In this document: piece after piece, positions 19,328 to 29,754 of the stretch
How the letters are laid out: every line of letters starts with the position of its first letter
How positions within the stretch are numbered: the stretch's first letter is position 1
Assembly (NCBI GenBank): GCA_963713865.1
Contig: OY970208.1
Coordinates: 1,856,001-1,920,000 of the forward strand
Source: an uncultured candidate division Zixibacteria bacterium
GTDB taxonomy: Bacteria; Zixibacteria; MSB-5A5; RBG-16-43-9
Direction of reading: 5' to 3'
Length of the DNA stretch: 64,000 nt
Made by a program: the position numbers and the translations under genes
The notes under the pieces: generated by a model
Told to the model about the DNA's origin: nothing
Database searches by the model: none
Seen by the model: only the letters and a program-made list of their open reading frames with translations

Positions 19328-20161
19328 GTGGAGAAAAAGTATGTAGATTTACACATTCACACCACTGCTTCAGATGGTCTTCTGACCCCTGAAAAGGTGA
19401 TAGAATTTGCACAGGAGTTAAATTTTTCAGCTATTGCCATTGCGGACCATGATACTGTAGATGGATATGAAAGTGCAAAACAAAAAGCAGAGGATTCAGG
19501 AATAGAGCTGATCCCCGCAGTGGAATTAAGCATAGCCTATCAAGGAATGGATTTTCATCTTTTAGGATATTTGATAGACTGTCAAGATTCAGGATTTAAA
19601 AAGAAGATCGAAAATTTCAGAGAGGAGAGGTTAATAAGAGGGGAGAAGATGGTGGAGAAATTGAATGAGTTAGGGATAGCTCTTCGTATGGATACGGTTA
19701 AGACTATAGCCAGAGGCGCTTCCGTAGGCAGGCCACATTTGGCAGATGCCTTGCTTAAGGAGGAATATGTAAAGACGTACAATGAAGCCTTTGCCCGTTA
19801 TTTAGGTTATCATGCTCCAGCCTATGTTCCGAAAAAATACTTGACTCCGGAGGAAGGGGTAGAGTTGATTCATAAGGTTAAAGGGCTTGCTATCTTAGCC
19901 CATCCGGGTACTTCTCATCAGGATGAGCTTATCCCTGATTTTATGGAAATGGGAATAGATGGAATCGAAGCTTACCATTCGCAGTACGACCGTTTTCAGA
20001 CCAATAAGTACATCAATCTGGCTAAAAAATTTAGCTTGATTTATACTGGTGGCTCTGATTGTCATGGTAGGGGGGATTTGATTTTGATAGGTAAGGTCAA
20101 AGTTCCTTACCGGTGTCTGGAGATGTTAAAAGAAGCTAAAAAAAGGAAGTTTAAAGATTAA
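19328..20161 (+). CDS. PHP-domain phosphoesterase (TrpH/YciV-like)
   Basis: DLHIHTTASDG, IADHDT, GRPH, LAHP, GGSDCHG. Confidence 0.88.
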   Translation: MEKKYVDLHIHTTASDGLLTPEKVIEFAQELNFSAIAIADHDTVDGYESAKQKAEDSGIELIPAVELSIAYQGMDFHLLGYLIDCQDSGFKKKIENFREERLIRGEKMVEKLNELGIALRMDTVKTIARGASVGRPHLADALLKEEYVKTYNEAFARYLGYHAPAYVPKKYLTPEEGVELIHKVKGLAILAHPGTSHQDELIPDFMEMGIDGIEAYHSQYDRFQTNKYINLAKKFSLIYTGGSDCHGRGDLILIGKVKVPYRCLEMLKEAKKRKFKD

Positions 20162-20167
20162 AAGAGA

Positions 20168-20279
20168 TGTCAACCTGAGCCCCGCATCCTGCGGGGCGAA
20201 GGGTAAAAGATTCTTCTGCCCGTAGGGTATCAGAATGACTAAAGATCACAGTTGTCATGTTGAGAGAAGCGAAACATCT
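20168..20279. repeat. TGTC-tagged palindromic repeat cluster
   Basis: tgtcaacctgag-ccccgcatcctgcgggg-cgaagggt...agattcttc...cagaatgac; tgtcatgttgag...cgaaacatct. Confidence 0.75.
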
Positions 20280-20350
20280 ATAGGCGGACTATTATTTTTA
20301 GTCTAACCTGTTTTTAAAAGGAGAAACATTATAAATAAAGAGGAGTTAAA

Positions 20351-22258
20351 ATGAAAAAGCTGATCTTTTTACTCGTTTGCTTACAAATTGCTGTTACCGC
20401 TTATGGGAAAGAATACACTCAAGCTTATGAAAACAAACTGATCCAGGATATAAAGGGGATATATACTCAGGAAGCTATTAAAACCCCGGATAATCCAACC
20501 GGACATCCCATTGATGCCACACCTTTGATCCTTCAGGCAAAATATGATTACCCTTTTTTAAGTCCTGAGGCAAAAAAGGTTTTAGATACTCTTTTAGCCA
20601 GACCGAGCTTTGCTCCTGATTCAGAGTATACTTATGATTCTCCATGTCAACATTTTAAGATTCATTTTGCCAAGACCGGGACAAATGTGGTTTTTGAAGC
20701 TGGAGTGGATAATAATGGAAATGGGGTTCCAGATTATGTAGATAACTGCGCCTCTATTTTAGATTATGTCTGGGCAAAAGAGGTTGATACTTTAGGCTAT
20801 GTTTTTCCACCTTCAGATGACTGGTATAGTTCTTATGGCTGGAATAATGGAGGGGACGGAAAATACGATATTTATCTTTTAAATTTTGGCTTTTTATATT
20901 TAGGCGCGACCTATGCCGAGACCACCAATGCAACCGCAGAACCCTGGACTAATTGGACAAGTTTTATTGAGTTAGATAACGACTATTTAGGTTACGACCC
21001 TAATTTACAACACTCCCAGTATGAGTGGCTTAGCGTTACAGCCGCACATGAGTTCTTTCATGCAATCCAATTCGGCTATGACGCATCCGAATTCGAGTTA
21101 GGAGCAGGAGATATGGCGAAACCTTACTGGATGGAGATGAGCGCTGTCTGGATGGAGGATCAGGTTTATGATAATATAGACGACTACATCTATTATCTGC
21201 CAGCTTTTTTCAATTATCCCTGGGTGTCCTTGAGATTTTTCACCAATTACTCACAGGATCCAAGGTACCTTCATCCTTATGGCTCCTGCGTCTGGCCTAT
21301 CTTTTTAAGTGAAAGATTCAACGATATAAACATTGTTAAAAATATATGGTCTGTCTGTGCGCAAGTTCAGGGTGATAATGTTCTCTCCGCCACTGATACG
21401 ATCTTAAAGAGTATATACAGTAGTTCATTGAATAAAGCCTTTCAAGAATTTTCAGTCTGGAATTATTTCACGGCAGACCGGGCCATTGACACGCTTTTTT
21501 ATTCAGAAGGGAGCCTTTTCTGGACTAATAATCCGCGTAATCCAATAAAAGTTTATGAAACTAATATACACGAGGTCTATCCGGTCACGGGTACCGTTTT
21601 TCAGTTGCCAGAAGACTTAGGTACAACTTATATCACTTTTAAGCCGATAGTAGATTCCCTCGGTGGATTAAGAATATATTTTAAAGGTAACGCTGGGGGT
21701 GCAGGGTGGAATGCTTCCCTGATTGATTTTAGGTCAGGTGATCAGCCATTTGAAGATACTACCATTGACCTAACACCGGATAGCGGAATGGGAGTGGTTT
21801 TCGATTGGGGGCGCTTTTCTGAAATCTCTATGGTCATTGCCAGGGGCGATACCATCTCCTCCCGAAATTTTAACTATAGTTATACTGCTGAATTCGACAC
21901 ATCCTTATTCCACGGATTTATTCCTCCGTCTGCTGATAAAATATATCAGAATTTCCCTAACCCGTTTATAATCACAGATGCCTCTTCCACCACAAAATTC
22001 CCGATGTTATTGAAAAATCTCACAGATGTAGAACTTTTTATTTTTACAATATCCGGAGAACTTGCCTGGAAACACCTGTGGCAGAATAAAATCGGCGATT
22101 ATACTACAGCAGTGTTCAGTGCTCCTGAATTTATTCCCTTCAAATGGGATGGCAGAAATATGAATGGTGAGTATGTAGCATCCGGGATTTATATATATAG
22201 AATAGTAACTAATAACACCTCAGCTACTAAAAAGCTGGTGGTAGTTAATCAGAGATAG
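20351..22258 (+). CDS. Secreted HExxH metalloprotease (MXAN_6640-like) with FlgD/T9SS-like C-terminal domain
   Basis: TAAHEFFHAIQFGY, W.MEMSAVWMED; C-terminal QNFPNPF...WDGRN..GEYVASGIYIY. Confidence 0.8.
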   Translation: MKKLIFLLVCLQIAVTAYGKEYTQAYENKLIQDIKGIYTQEAIKTPDNPTGHPIDATPLILQAKYDYPFLSPEAKKVLDTLLARPSFAPDSEYTYDSPCQHFKIHFAKTGTNVVFEAGVDNNGNGVPDYVDNCASILDYVWAKEVDTLGYVFPPSDDWYSSYGWNNGGDGKYDIYLLNFGFLYLGATYAETTNATAEPWTNWTSFIELDNDYLGYDPNLQHSQYEWLSVTAAHEFFHAIQFGYDASEFELGAGDMAKPYWMEMSAVWMEDQVYDNIDDYIYYLPAFFNYPWVSLRFFTNYSQDPRYLHPYGSCVWPIFLSERFNDINIVKNIWSVCAQVQGDNVLSATDTILKSIYSSSLNKAFQEFSVWNYFTADRAIDTLFYSEGSLFWTNNPRNPIKVYETNIHEVYPVTGTVFQLPEDLGTTYITFKPIVDSLGGLRIYFKGNAGGAGWNASLIDFRSGDQPFEDTTIDLTPDSGMGVVFDWGRFSEISMVIARGDTISSRNFNYSYTAEFDTSLFHGFIPPSADKIYQNFPNPFIITDASSTTKFPMLLKNLTDVELFIFTISGELAWKHLWQNKIGDYTTAVFSAPEFIPFKWDGRNMNGEYVASGIYIYRIVTNNTSATKKLVVVNQR

Positions 22259-22377
22259 AGATTCTTCTCCCCGTAGGGGATCAGAATGACAATCAGTATA
22301 CATTGTCATGTTGAGCGGAGCGAAACATCTAAAGACAAAAACCAATAGATTCTTCGCTCATTGGGCTCAGAATGACA
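22258..22377. repeat. TGTC-tagged palindromic repeat cluster
   Basis: agattcttc-tccccgtagggga-tcagaatgaca; tgtcatgttgagcggagcgaaacatct; agattcttcgct...tcagaatgaca. Confidence 0.8.
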
Positions 22378-22399
22378 AACGGTTTATGAAAATTAAAAT

Positions 22400-22942
22400 A
22401 TGACTTTTTCTTCCAGGAAAATTGCCAAAATCGGTGTGTTTACTGCACTGCCCATAGTCTTGAAAATACCAATTCTCCAGATACCCAACGTGGAGTTCTT
22501 CAGCTTCGTGGTTTTTACCTCAGGCTTTTTGTTAGGCATAATTGAAGGTGGCATCGTTGGTGCTCTTTCGATGAGCATCTATACTATCTTCAACCCTTAT
22601 GGATTTCCACCTTTACCCATAGGAATTGCCCAGGTTCTCTCTATGGTTTTCATCGGTATTTTGGGAGGTCTGCTCTTTAAAATGATTCGCTTGAGAAGAG
22701 TCAAGAAAATAAATTTATCTATTTTTATCTGGATGGGGATTACAGGATTTTCTGTTACTCTGTTATATGACATTATAACCAATTTGGGTGTCGTTATAGT
22801 AACGGGTGAATTTATACCGATTATGATTGCGGCAATTCCTTTTGCCCTGATTCATCTTCTCTCTAATACTTTAATCTTTATACTTTTGACACCTCTCCTT
22901 TTTCGTTTAACCAGATTAGAAAGAAGAGGTGAGCTTGCTTAA
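22400..22942 (+). CDS. ECF transporter S-component-like membrane protein (CbrT-like)
   Basis: ~180 aa, multiple TM helices, IPNVE motif, FNPYG; overlaps downstream TonB-dependent receptor. Confidence 0.7.
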   Translation: MTFSSRKIAKIGVFTALPIVLKIPILQIPNVEFFSFVVFTSGFLLGIIEGGIVGALSMSIYTIFNPYGFPPLPIGIAQVLSMVFIGILGGLLFKMIRLRRVKKINLSIFIWMGITGFSVTLLYDIITNLGVVIVTGEFIPIMIAAIPFALIHLLSNTLIFILLTPLLFRLTRLERRGELA

Positions 22943-24896
22943 AATAATTAATTTTATATTGCTGTTCTTTCTGCTCCTTTTCTCTTTATCTCTGGCGCAG
23001 GATGACGACTCTCTTCTTTTAACTTCGAATCCGCTTTCGGCGGATAGCACCTATATAATTGAAAGTCTAACTGATAAAGTATGTTCACTTTTTACTACTA
23101 ATTATGTTATCTCATCTGAAAATATTGAAAACTCAATCTATAAAAGCCTGGGTGGATTGTTAAAAACATACCGGGACATTGATGTAACCAGTTATGGTCC
23201 CTATGGTCAGCCTGAATATGCAACTATCTGGGGAGGAACTTCACGACAACTTTTAATCTATCAGGATGATATTTCCTTTTTTCAACAGGCAATATATCTA
23301 CCCCAGACTGGCGACCTTGACCTTTTCTCTGTTCCCTTAGAGAATATAGAATCTATCCAGATTATAGATAACCCGGTTGCCAGTATCCTGGGTAGAGGTA
23401 CGGGAATAGGAGGGCTGAGACTAAAATCCAAAGAATTTAAAACTGACCAGCCGTATTCAAGAATAAATTTTGAAAGAGGTCCTTATGGCTACAGAAAAAC
23501 CCAGATTGATTTTGGTAAGAATTTAAGTAAGAAAATAGGTTTCTATTTTACCTCTGGCTGGAAAAAATCAGATTCGCCACAGGCGAATGTAAATAATAGC
23601 AATTTCAAATCATTATATCTGACTGGTAACCTACTATTCAAGATGAGGAAAAACTGGAAAGTTAAAGTAAAAGCTTTCCATTTTGAGAACCGTGCTGGTA
23701 ATCCATTACCTTATGAATCTGCAATCGCTTTGAAAACCAAAGAAGATAGCTGGATTTTGGATTTGAATTCAGATTATTATTTTAAAAACAATACGCTACT
23801 GAAAATTGAAGGTCTGTATAGCTCTAATTCAACTAAAAGTTACAATGGTAGCTATTTTCTCGACAGGGAAAAGGAGGGTAGGGAATATTATCTAAAGGGA
23901 AGTTACCAATTCAGATGGGACAGGAAAAATCAAGCCAGATTGGAAGGATTTCTTAGCAGGGAGAAGTTGAAAATAAAAGGGTTGGAAAAATCTACGAACC
24001 AAGGTTATCTTTCCTATCTGCATCTATTAGAGTTCTCTTCAAAATTCTACACCTTTCTCTTTTTAAGATTAAACCGAAATACCGATTTTGGATCCAGAGG
24101 ACAGGAGTTTAACTGGAATTTATCCGGCACGGGAGGGGTCTCTTATCTGCCGAATAAAGAGCTGACTTTATTTTTCATTTTTTCCCGTGTCTTTGACAAT
24201 CCCACATTACATGACCTTTACCTTGAGAGGAGCAGTTATTCGGTTCATTTCGATTCGACCTATTTTTCTTATCAAGAATATTATAACCTTTTTCTTGGGA
24301 CTGAAGGACTTACTTCTGGAAATGTTGGATTCTCCTGGCTGAAAAAAGAATTCAGCCTGAGAAGTTCCCTCTTTTTCTGTTTGAATCGGGACAACTTAGA
24401 ATGGACTTTCTCTAAAACAGTTGACCGGGTTTTTCCTTATACCTTTATCAGATACCAGTACTTGCCTTCTAACCGGGAAAGAAAATTATTCGGAGTAAGT
24501 TTGAATTTAGACTATAAATTCTCTCCTAATTTCGAAACAGGTTTTTCCTATGCTTATAAAAGGGCACGCTCTCAGAAAGATTATCATTTTCCATATATAC
24601 CTGAGCATAGTTTATATAGTTATTTTCAATTTACAAATGAATTCTTGAGTCGTGAGATCGGAATAAAAGTGAGACTGGAACAGGAATATCTCTCTAAGAG
24701 GTATCTGGCTGATTATAATCAGGACCAGGTTCCTTTTGCCCTTCTCTTTAATTCCAAAATAACATTGAGATTCTTAGGTTTTCAGTTCTATTATGTGATA
24801 GAGAATATTACGAATGAGACTTACCGGACCAGGGGTGATTTTAATATGCCCGGAAGAACTTTATGGTTCGGGTTTAACTGGGAGTTTTTTGACTAA
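22929..24896 (+). CDS. TonB-dependent receptor (BtuB-like)
   Basis: Signal peptide, plug-like region (YGPYGQ...I.GG...Q.L.Y.D, LENIESI.I), beta-barrel end EN.TNE.Y...MPGRT.W.GFNWEF. Confidence 0.75.
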   Translation: MSLLKIINFILLFFLLLFSLSLAQDDDSLLLTSNPLSADSTYIIESLTDKVCSLFTTNYVISSENIENSIYKSLGGLLKTYRDIDVTSYGPYGQPEYATIWGGTSRQLLIYQDDISFFQQAIYLPQTGDLDLFSVPLENIESIQIIDNPVASILGRGTGIGGLRLKSKEFKTDQPYSRINFERGPYGYRKTQIDFGKNLSKKIGFYFTSGWKKSDSPQANVNNSNFKSLYLTGNLLFKMRKNWKVKVKAFHFENRAGNPLPYESAIALKTKEDSWILDLNSDYYFKNNTLLKIEGLYSSNSTKSYNGSYFLDREKEGREYYLKGSYQFRWDRKNQARLEGFLSREKLKIKGLEKSTNQGYLSYLHLLEFSSKFYTFLFLRLNRNTDFGSRGQEFNWNLSGTGGVSYLPNKELTLFFIFSRVFDNPTLHDLYLERSSYSVHFDSTYFSYQEYYNLFLGTEGLTSGNVGFSWLKKEFSLRSSLFFCLNRDNLEWTFSKTVDRVFPYTFIRYQYLPSNRERKLFGVSLNLDYKFSPNFETGFSYAYKRARSQKDYHFPYIPEHSLYSYFQFTNEFLSREIGIKVRLEQEYLSKRYLADYNQDQVPFALLFNSKITLRFLGFQFYYVIENITNETYRTRGDFNMPGRTLWFGFNWEFFD

Positions 24897-24909
24897 ATTC
24901 TTTATAACT

Positions 24910-25002
24910 TGTCATTGCGGGGAGTCTCGCCACAGGCGGGACGACGAAGCAATTTAATAATTTTAACGGATTACTTCGCTCCTTTAGTCGCCCGCAATGA
25001 CA
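24910..25002. repeat. TGTC-tagged inverted repeat pair
   Basis: tgtcattgcg...cgccacaggcg...gaagcaat / gattacttcg...cgcaatgaca. Confidence 0.75.
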
Positions 25003-25023
25003 GTTCAGAGCGAGGAGAAAATT

Positions 25024-25569
25024 ATGAACCGTGAAGAGGCATTAAATTTAGTTAAATCTAAAATCAAAAATAAGAATCTGATCAAGCATATGTTAGCGGT
25101 GGAAGCAATAATGAGAAGGCTGGCAGAATATTTCAATGATGATACAGAGCTCTGGAGTTTAACTGGATTATTACACGATTTAGATTACGATTCCACAGTA
25201 AATGATTTTGCAAATCACGGCATCCTTACAGCCGAGTGGCTTAAAGAATATAATTTAGATGAAAAGCTACTTTATGCCATTAAAGCTCATCCTAAACATG
25301 TGCCAGCAACTTCTAAGTTAGACTGGGCACTTTTTGCCACAGATCCTTTATCCGGATTGATTGTGGCAGCAACCTTAATGCATCCGACAAAGAAAATAAA
25401 AAATGTAACCCCTGAATTTGTCCTCAATCGATTTAAGGAGAAAAGGTTTGCGGCTGGAGCAAACCGTGAGGATATAAAAGAATGCGAGAAAATGGGTTTG
25501 ACTCTGGAAAAGTTTGTGGAGCTGGCTTTAGAAGGAATGCAGAAAATAGATGCTGATTTAGAATTGTAG
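25024..25569 (+). CDS. HDIG/HD-domain metal-dependent phosphohydrolase
   Basis: KHMLAVEA, GLLHDLD, HG, D.LSGLI, K.FAAG..R; ATG 25024 after GAGGAG. Confidence 0.85.
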   Translation: MNREEALNLVKSKIKNKNLIKHMLAVEAIMRRLAEYFNDDTELWSLTGLLHDLDYDSTVNDFANHGILTAEWLKEYNLDEKLLYAIKAHPKHVPATSKLDWALFATDPLSGLIVAATLMHPTKKIKNVTPEFVLNRFKEKRFAAGANREDIKECEKMGLTLEKFVELALEGMQKIDADLEL

Positions 25570-25781
25570 TTGCCTGATTTGTCAGGCTTATTTTAGCTTG
25601 GATTGTAAACCTTTCCTTCGGTGGCTACGAGCCCGCCCGCCCGTGAGGCGCCAGACGTAGTCTCCGTTTCTCGGACAGGTTTACCAATTCATCTAAAATG
25701 GTATATTCCAGTATTTAAATCCAGGTTGAGGGCAACCTGGGTCTACCAAAATTAGTAACCCCGCCTGGCCCTCAAGGCGGG
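25566..25781. repeat. REP-like cluster starting on the HDIG stop codon
   Basis: GTAG-ttgcctgatttgtcaggc; ccaggttgagggcaacctgggtctac; cccgcctggccctcaaggcggg. Confidence 0.7.
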
Positions 25782-25812
25782 ATAGTGGTTAAACATAAGA
25801 ATTTTTAAATAG

Positions 25813-26193
25813 ATGCGAAAAGTTATCCTTATATTCGGTTTGTTTTTACTATTTATGGCTGCCTACAAGACAAACTACGCCTGGGATAAATACAGATCAA
25901 AGAAAACTGAAACTGAAAATCATACAATTAAGGAAGACAAGTGGCTCGGGTGGGATAAATTAGGTCATTTTTTCATAAGTGGATTTTTGAGCGGGTCATC
26001 ATATTCTATTTATCATAAAAGTTTCAACAACGATAAGGAATCTTCAATTTTATTTTCCAGTTCCTTCACCCTGAGTTTAGGAGTAGGGAAAGAAATAAAC
26101 GATATGAAAAAACCTCAAAATAAGTTCAGCTACAAAGACCTTATCTTCGATCTTATGGGCATTTCATTTGGTTTAATTATTGCCTCACATTAA
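25813..26193 (+). CDS. YfiM/VanZ-like small membrane protein
   Basis: D.W.G.DK..HF, G.GKE..D, FSYKDL..D..G. Confidence 0.7.
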   Translation: MRKVILIFGLFLLFMAAYKTNYAWDKYRSKKTETENHTIKEDKWLGWDKLGHFFISGFLSGSSYSIYHKSFNNDKESSILFSSSFTLSLGVGKEINDMKKPQNKFSYKDLIFDLMGISFGLIIASH

Positions 26194-26195
26194 TT

Positions 26196-27545
26196 ATGCA
26201 TAATTTCACACAAAAAAGAATCGAGGTCTTTTCCTGGGGAATCTACGATTTTGCCAATACCATCTTTTCGATGAATATTATCACTATGTATTTTGCCCAG
26301 TGGATAATTATAGATAACCATAAAGAAGATATACTGTATAGCATAACTTACGCTTTATCTATGCTTTTAGTTGCTTTAACTATGCCTATCTTGGGTGCGA
26401 TCTCAGATAACCGTGGGAAAAGGAAGCCGTATCTTTTAATTTTAACCTTAGGTTGCATTTTGGGAACTTTTTTGATTGGAGGGGTAAGCACTGAGATCGC
26501 AAATACTGACCTTAAAGTCTTCTCTGCTTTATTTTTCTTTCTCCTGGCAAATTTCTGCTTTGAGGGTGGCTTGGTTTTTTATAATGCCTTGCTCCCGGAG
26601 GTTTCCTCACCTAAGAATATCGGCAAGGTCTCCGGTTTTGGAGTAGCTTTAGGTTATCTCGGCGCAATAGTAGGACTGCTTTTAGTTAAGCCCTTTGTTA
26701 CTGGAAACTTTTTAGGGCTTCAATTCAGTTCGGGGGGAAGAGAAAAGGCATTTATCCCTACCGCCATTTTTTTCCTTTTGTTTAGCCTGCCAATCTTTAT
26801 ATTTATTAAAGAGAAAGCAAACCTGGTTATAGATGAAAAAAAAGTAAGGATTAAAGAGGCGTTTAAAAAAGTATGGGATGGAATTGTCAATACCAGGAGA
26901 TATCCCGGGGTTTTACGTTTTCTGATCGCAGACTATTTTTTCGAGGATGCCATTGCCACAGTGATTATCTTTATGGCAGTATATGCTCAGGTAGTAATGA
27001 ATATGGGAGACGAGGTGAAGATACTGTTTTTCTGGTTTGCCACAACTTTTGCGGTCATAGGTTCATTTATAGCCGGAGTGGTAAGCGACCGCATAGGTCC
27101 AAAAAAAACCTTGTTTTTTGTAGTCCTGGGCTGGATATTATCTTTATCAGTCATTATATTCACTACTCATACTATCTATTTCTGGATTATGGGTCCATTT
27201 ATCGGGATATTTTTAGGCTCAACCTGGACAACCTCCAGACCACTTCTGACTACTCTGGCACCTAAAAAGATGTTAGGCCAGTTTTTTGGCTTGTATTCTT
27301 TATCCGGCAGAGCTGCTGCCATCATAGGTCCACTTCTCTGGGGTGGGACGGTTCTTTACTTTAAGAAAGACAATATTATGGTGAAGGGTATGATAAATGC
27401 TTTATCAAAGTTTGGGATTAATTTTTCAAGGCAGGTCTTGAATACCATCCAGTACCGTTTTGCTATTCTGATTTTAATATTTTTGATGATTGTTGGTCTT
27501 ATAATATTTATAAAAGTTCCAGATAAAAAAAGTTATGACGAATGA
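26196..27545 (+). CDS. MFS transporter (Atg22/BtlA, UMF1-like)
   Basis: SW..YDFANT, G..SD..G.RK, FYNALLP, GKVSG.G.ALGYLG, GQFFGLY...GR...I.GP. Confidence 0.85.
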   Translation: MHNFTQKRIEVFSWGIYDFANTIFSMNIITMYFAQWIIIDNHKEDILYSITYALSMLLVALTMPILGAISDNRGKRKPYLLILTLGCILGTFLIGGVSTEIANTDLKVFSALFFFLLANFCFEGGLVFYNALLPEVSSPKNIGKVSGFGVALGYLGAIVGLLLVKPFVTGNFLGLQFSSGGREKAFIPTAIFFLLFSLPIFIFIKEKANLVIDEKKVRIKEAFKKVWDGIVNTRRYPGVLRFLIADYFFEDAIATVIIFMAVYAQVVMNMGDEVKILFFWFATTFAVIGSFIAGVVSDRIGPKKTLFFVVLGWILSLSVIIFTTHTIYFWIMGPFIGIFLGSTWTTSRPLLTTLAPKKMLGQFFGLYSLSGRAAAIIGPLLWGGTVLYFKKDNIMVKGMINALSKFGINFSRQVLNTIQYRFAILILIFLMIVGLIIFIKVPDKKSYDE

Positions 27546-27572
27546 TGAATTACGGATAGCGGATAAAAAAAA

Positions 27573-27692
27573 TGTCATTGCGACCCCGCCTCTAACGGAG
27601 GAAGTCGTAGGGACAGAACATTGTTCTGTCCTTACTATCCACGTTAGAGACGGATAGCTTCGTCGTCCCGTAGGGGACTCCCCGAAATGACA
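27573..27692. repeat. Nested repeat: GTAG REP inside TGTC-tagged pair
   Basis: tgtcattgcga...[gtagggacagaacattgttctgtccttac]...cttcgtcgtcccgtaggggactccccgaaatgaca. Confidence 0.75.
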
Positions 27693-27708
27693 GAAATAGG
27701 GAGAGAAT

Positions 27709-28743
27709 TTGGAGAGATGGAATGAAATAGTGGGGGCGATACACATCCATTCAGTAGATTCGGATGGTACCAAGTCTATACCGGACATAGCTAAGATCGG
27801 GGATAGAATGAAGCTTGATTTCTTGATGTTCTCCGACCATATGACTCTAAAATCATATCAATCTGGTTTGGAAGGGGTATATGGTAAAACACTGGTCATA
27901 ATCGGGTATGAGATTCATGATAAACAGAACAAGAACCATTATCTGGCTTTCAATCTGAAGGAGACCTTACCTTTTGGGCTCTCACCTCTTGAATATGTAA
28001 AACAGGTTAAGGAAAAAGGAGGATTGGGAATAATTGCTCATCCGGACGAGATCCGCAAAGATTTGCCCAAATATCCAGCTTATCCCTGGACTGCCTGGGA
28101 AACTGAAGATTTTGACGGGATTGAGATCTGGAATCAGATGTCCGAGTGGATGGAGAAATTAACCAGATTCAATCAGATCCAGATGCTTTTCTCACCGCGA
28201 AAATCACTGGATAGTCCAACCGAGAGAATCTTGAGCAAATGGGATGAGCTGAACCAGAAAAGAAAAGTCTGCGGTATAGGAGCTATAGACGCTCACGCTC
28301 ACCCCTATAAATTAGGTCCCTTAAAATTGATAATCTTCCCCTATGAGGTGCAGTTCAAGTCCATCCGCACCCATCTGGTTTTAGACCAGCCACTCTCTTC
28401 AGATTTTGAAAAAGGAAAAGCCCAGATATTCTCTGCACTTTTAAACTGCAACGCCTTTGCCTCCAATTTCAGAAGGGGAGATGCAAGAGGTTTTCTTTTT
28501 TATATTGAAGGCAAGAAAAGTATTGCGAAGATAGGGGAGGAGATAAGGTTAGAGGAAATAGTTAGCCTAATCGCAAAAACTCCAGCTAAAGCTGAAATAA
28601 GATTGATTAATAATGGTAATTTGATCTATAAAACCAAAGGTAAAGAATTAATTTATCAACCAAAAGAAAAAGGGGTTTATAGAATTGAAGCCTTTAAAGG
28701 GGATAAAGGGTGGATATTTTCAAATCATATAAGGATAATTTGA
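27709..28743 (+). CDS. PHP-like metallohydrolase (CehA/McbA-like)
   Basis: GAIHIHS..SDG, SDH, IIAHP, GIEIWN, DAH, WIFSN.I. Confidence 0.75.
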   Translation: MERWNEIVGAIHIHSVDSDGTKSIPDIAKIGDRMKLDFLMFSDHMTLKSYQSGLEGVYGKTLVIIGYEIHDKQNKNHYLAFNLKETLPFGLSPLEYVKQVKEKGGLGIIAHPDEIRKDLPKYPAYPWTAWETEDFDGIEIWNQMSEWMEKLTRFNQIQMLFSPRKSLDSPTERILSKWDELNQKRKVCGIGAIDAHAHPYKLGPLKLIIFPYEVQFKSIRTHLVLDQPLSSDFEKGKAQIFSALLNCNAFASNFRRGDARGFLFYIEGKKSIAKIGEEIRLEEIVSLIAKTPAKAEIRLINNGNLIYKTKGKELIYQPKEKGVYRIEAFKGDKGWIFSNHIRII

Positions 28744-28800
28744 ATTTATTTATTCATATTTTATTCATATATAATTTGAAAATAGAATATTGTTGATAAT

Positions 28801-29379
28801 TTGATAAAATCTACTGATATTCGCATGTTAAAAGATTTGTACTTCATTTGTAGGATAATAACGTTTTCCATCCTTCTTTTAATACTCCATTTTGATGTAT
28901 TTGCTTCTCAACCTGTTGACCTTTATGAAAACTATCTTGACGCTGATTTAGTAATCGTGGGAAATGTTCTTTCTTGCTCAACAAAAATAATAGAGGAAAA
29001 AGAACTCCCTGAAACTGGCAGTTGGATCTGGCATTGTACTAAGTTTATGAATATCCACATGGTAAGAGTAGATAGCGTTATAAAAGGGTCTTTTTCAGAT
29101 ACCACGCTTATTATACAAAATGAGTCATTTAAGACCTATTATTGGAGGGAAGAAAAAGGCGATTCTCTATCGTCGATGAAAATCAGACCAGGTATTGGGG
29201 ATGAAAGTGTTAGTAACATCCCAGGATTAGGGAAATTTATTATAATTCTCAAGAAGAAAGATGGTATCTATACCTCTACGCTCTGTATGGCTTACGACAA
29301 ATCCATCCTTGATTTTTATAAGAAGATCCAAGAAAAAGGTAAAGGCCATTTTAAAAAATTTGAATCTTCACCGAAGTAA
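28801..29379 (+). CDS. Hypothetical exported protein (OB/TIMP-like N-terminus possible)
   Basis: 192 aa ORF, hydrophobic N-terminus, ADLVIVGNV...V.VD.VIKG pattern; start uncertain. Confidence 0.5.
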   Translation: MIKSTDIRMLKDLYFICRIITFSILLLILHFDVFASQPVDLYENYLDADLVIVGNVLSCSTKIIEEKELPETGSWIWHCTKFMNIHMVRVDSVIKGSFSDTTLIIQNESFKTYYWREEKGDSLSSMKIRPGIGDESVSNIPGLGKFIIILKKKDGIYTSTLCMAYDKSILDFYKKIQEKGKGHFKKFESSPK

Positions 29380-29525
29380 GTTTTGAAACTTAGAGTGAGA
29401 ATTTCCAAAGCTGGTAAAAAAGTATAATCGCATTTATGGATGCAGATGCATCAAAAGAAGCCATCTGCTAAATTCTACTAATTAACTCCTCTTATTCGTA
29501 TAAAATTGATAGAAAGAATCAATCT

Positions 29526-29710
29526 GGGTTCGATGAATCGAACCCCTACCAAAACAGGTAGGGGCTTGATTTATCAAGCCCTGCTCTTATGTATATTGAC
29601 AAATTCAGGGTTTATATTTAATTGAACTTGGTGAGCGAAAATACCGATAAAATAAAGAAAGGGAAAGATTTTGTATTTATATACAGGACAGAACAGTGTT
29701 CTGTCCCTAC
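29526..29710. repeat. GTAG REP-like hairpins
   Basis: gggttcgatgaatcgaacccctac; gtaggggcttgatttatcaagccc; ggacagaacagtgttctgtccctac. Confidence 0.75.
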
Positions 29711-29754
29711 AGAATATAATTCACTGAATCATAGATAGTTATGTTGGAGGTATA

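Noticed and set aside
22258-22400. Cobalamin riboswitch upstream of ECF-S/TonB receptor
   Set aside because: Region is fully accounted for by TGTC-tagged repeats; no GGGAA/GCCACTG B12-box arrangement.
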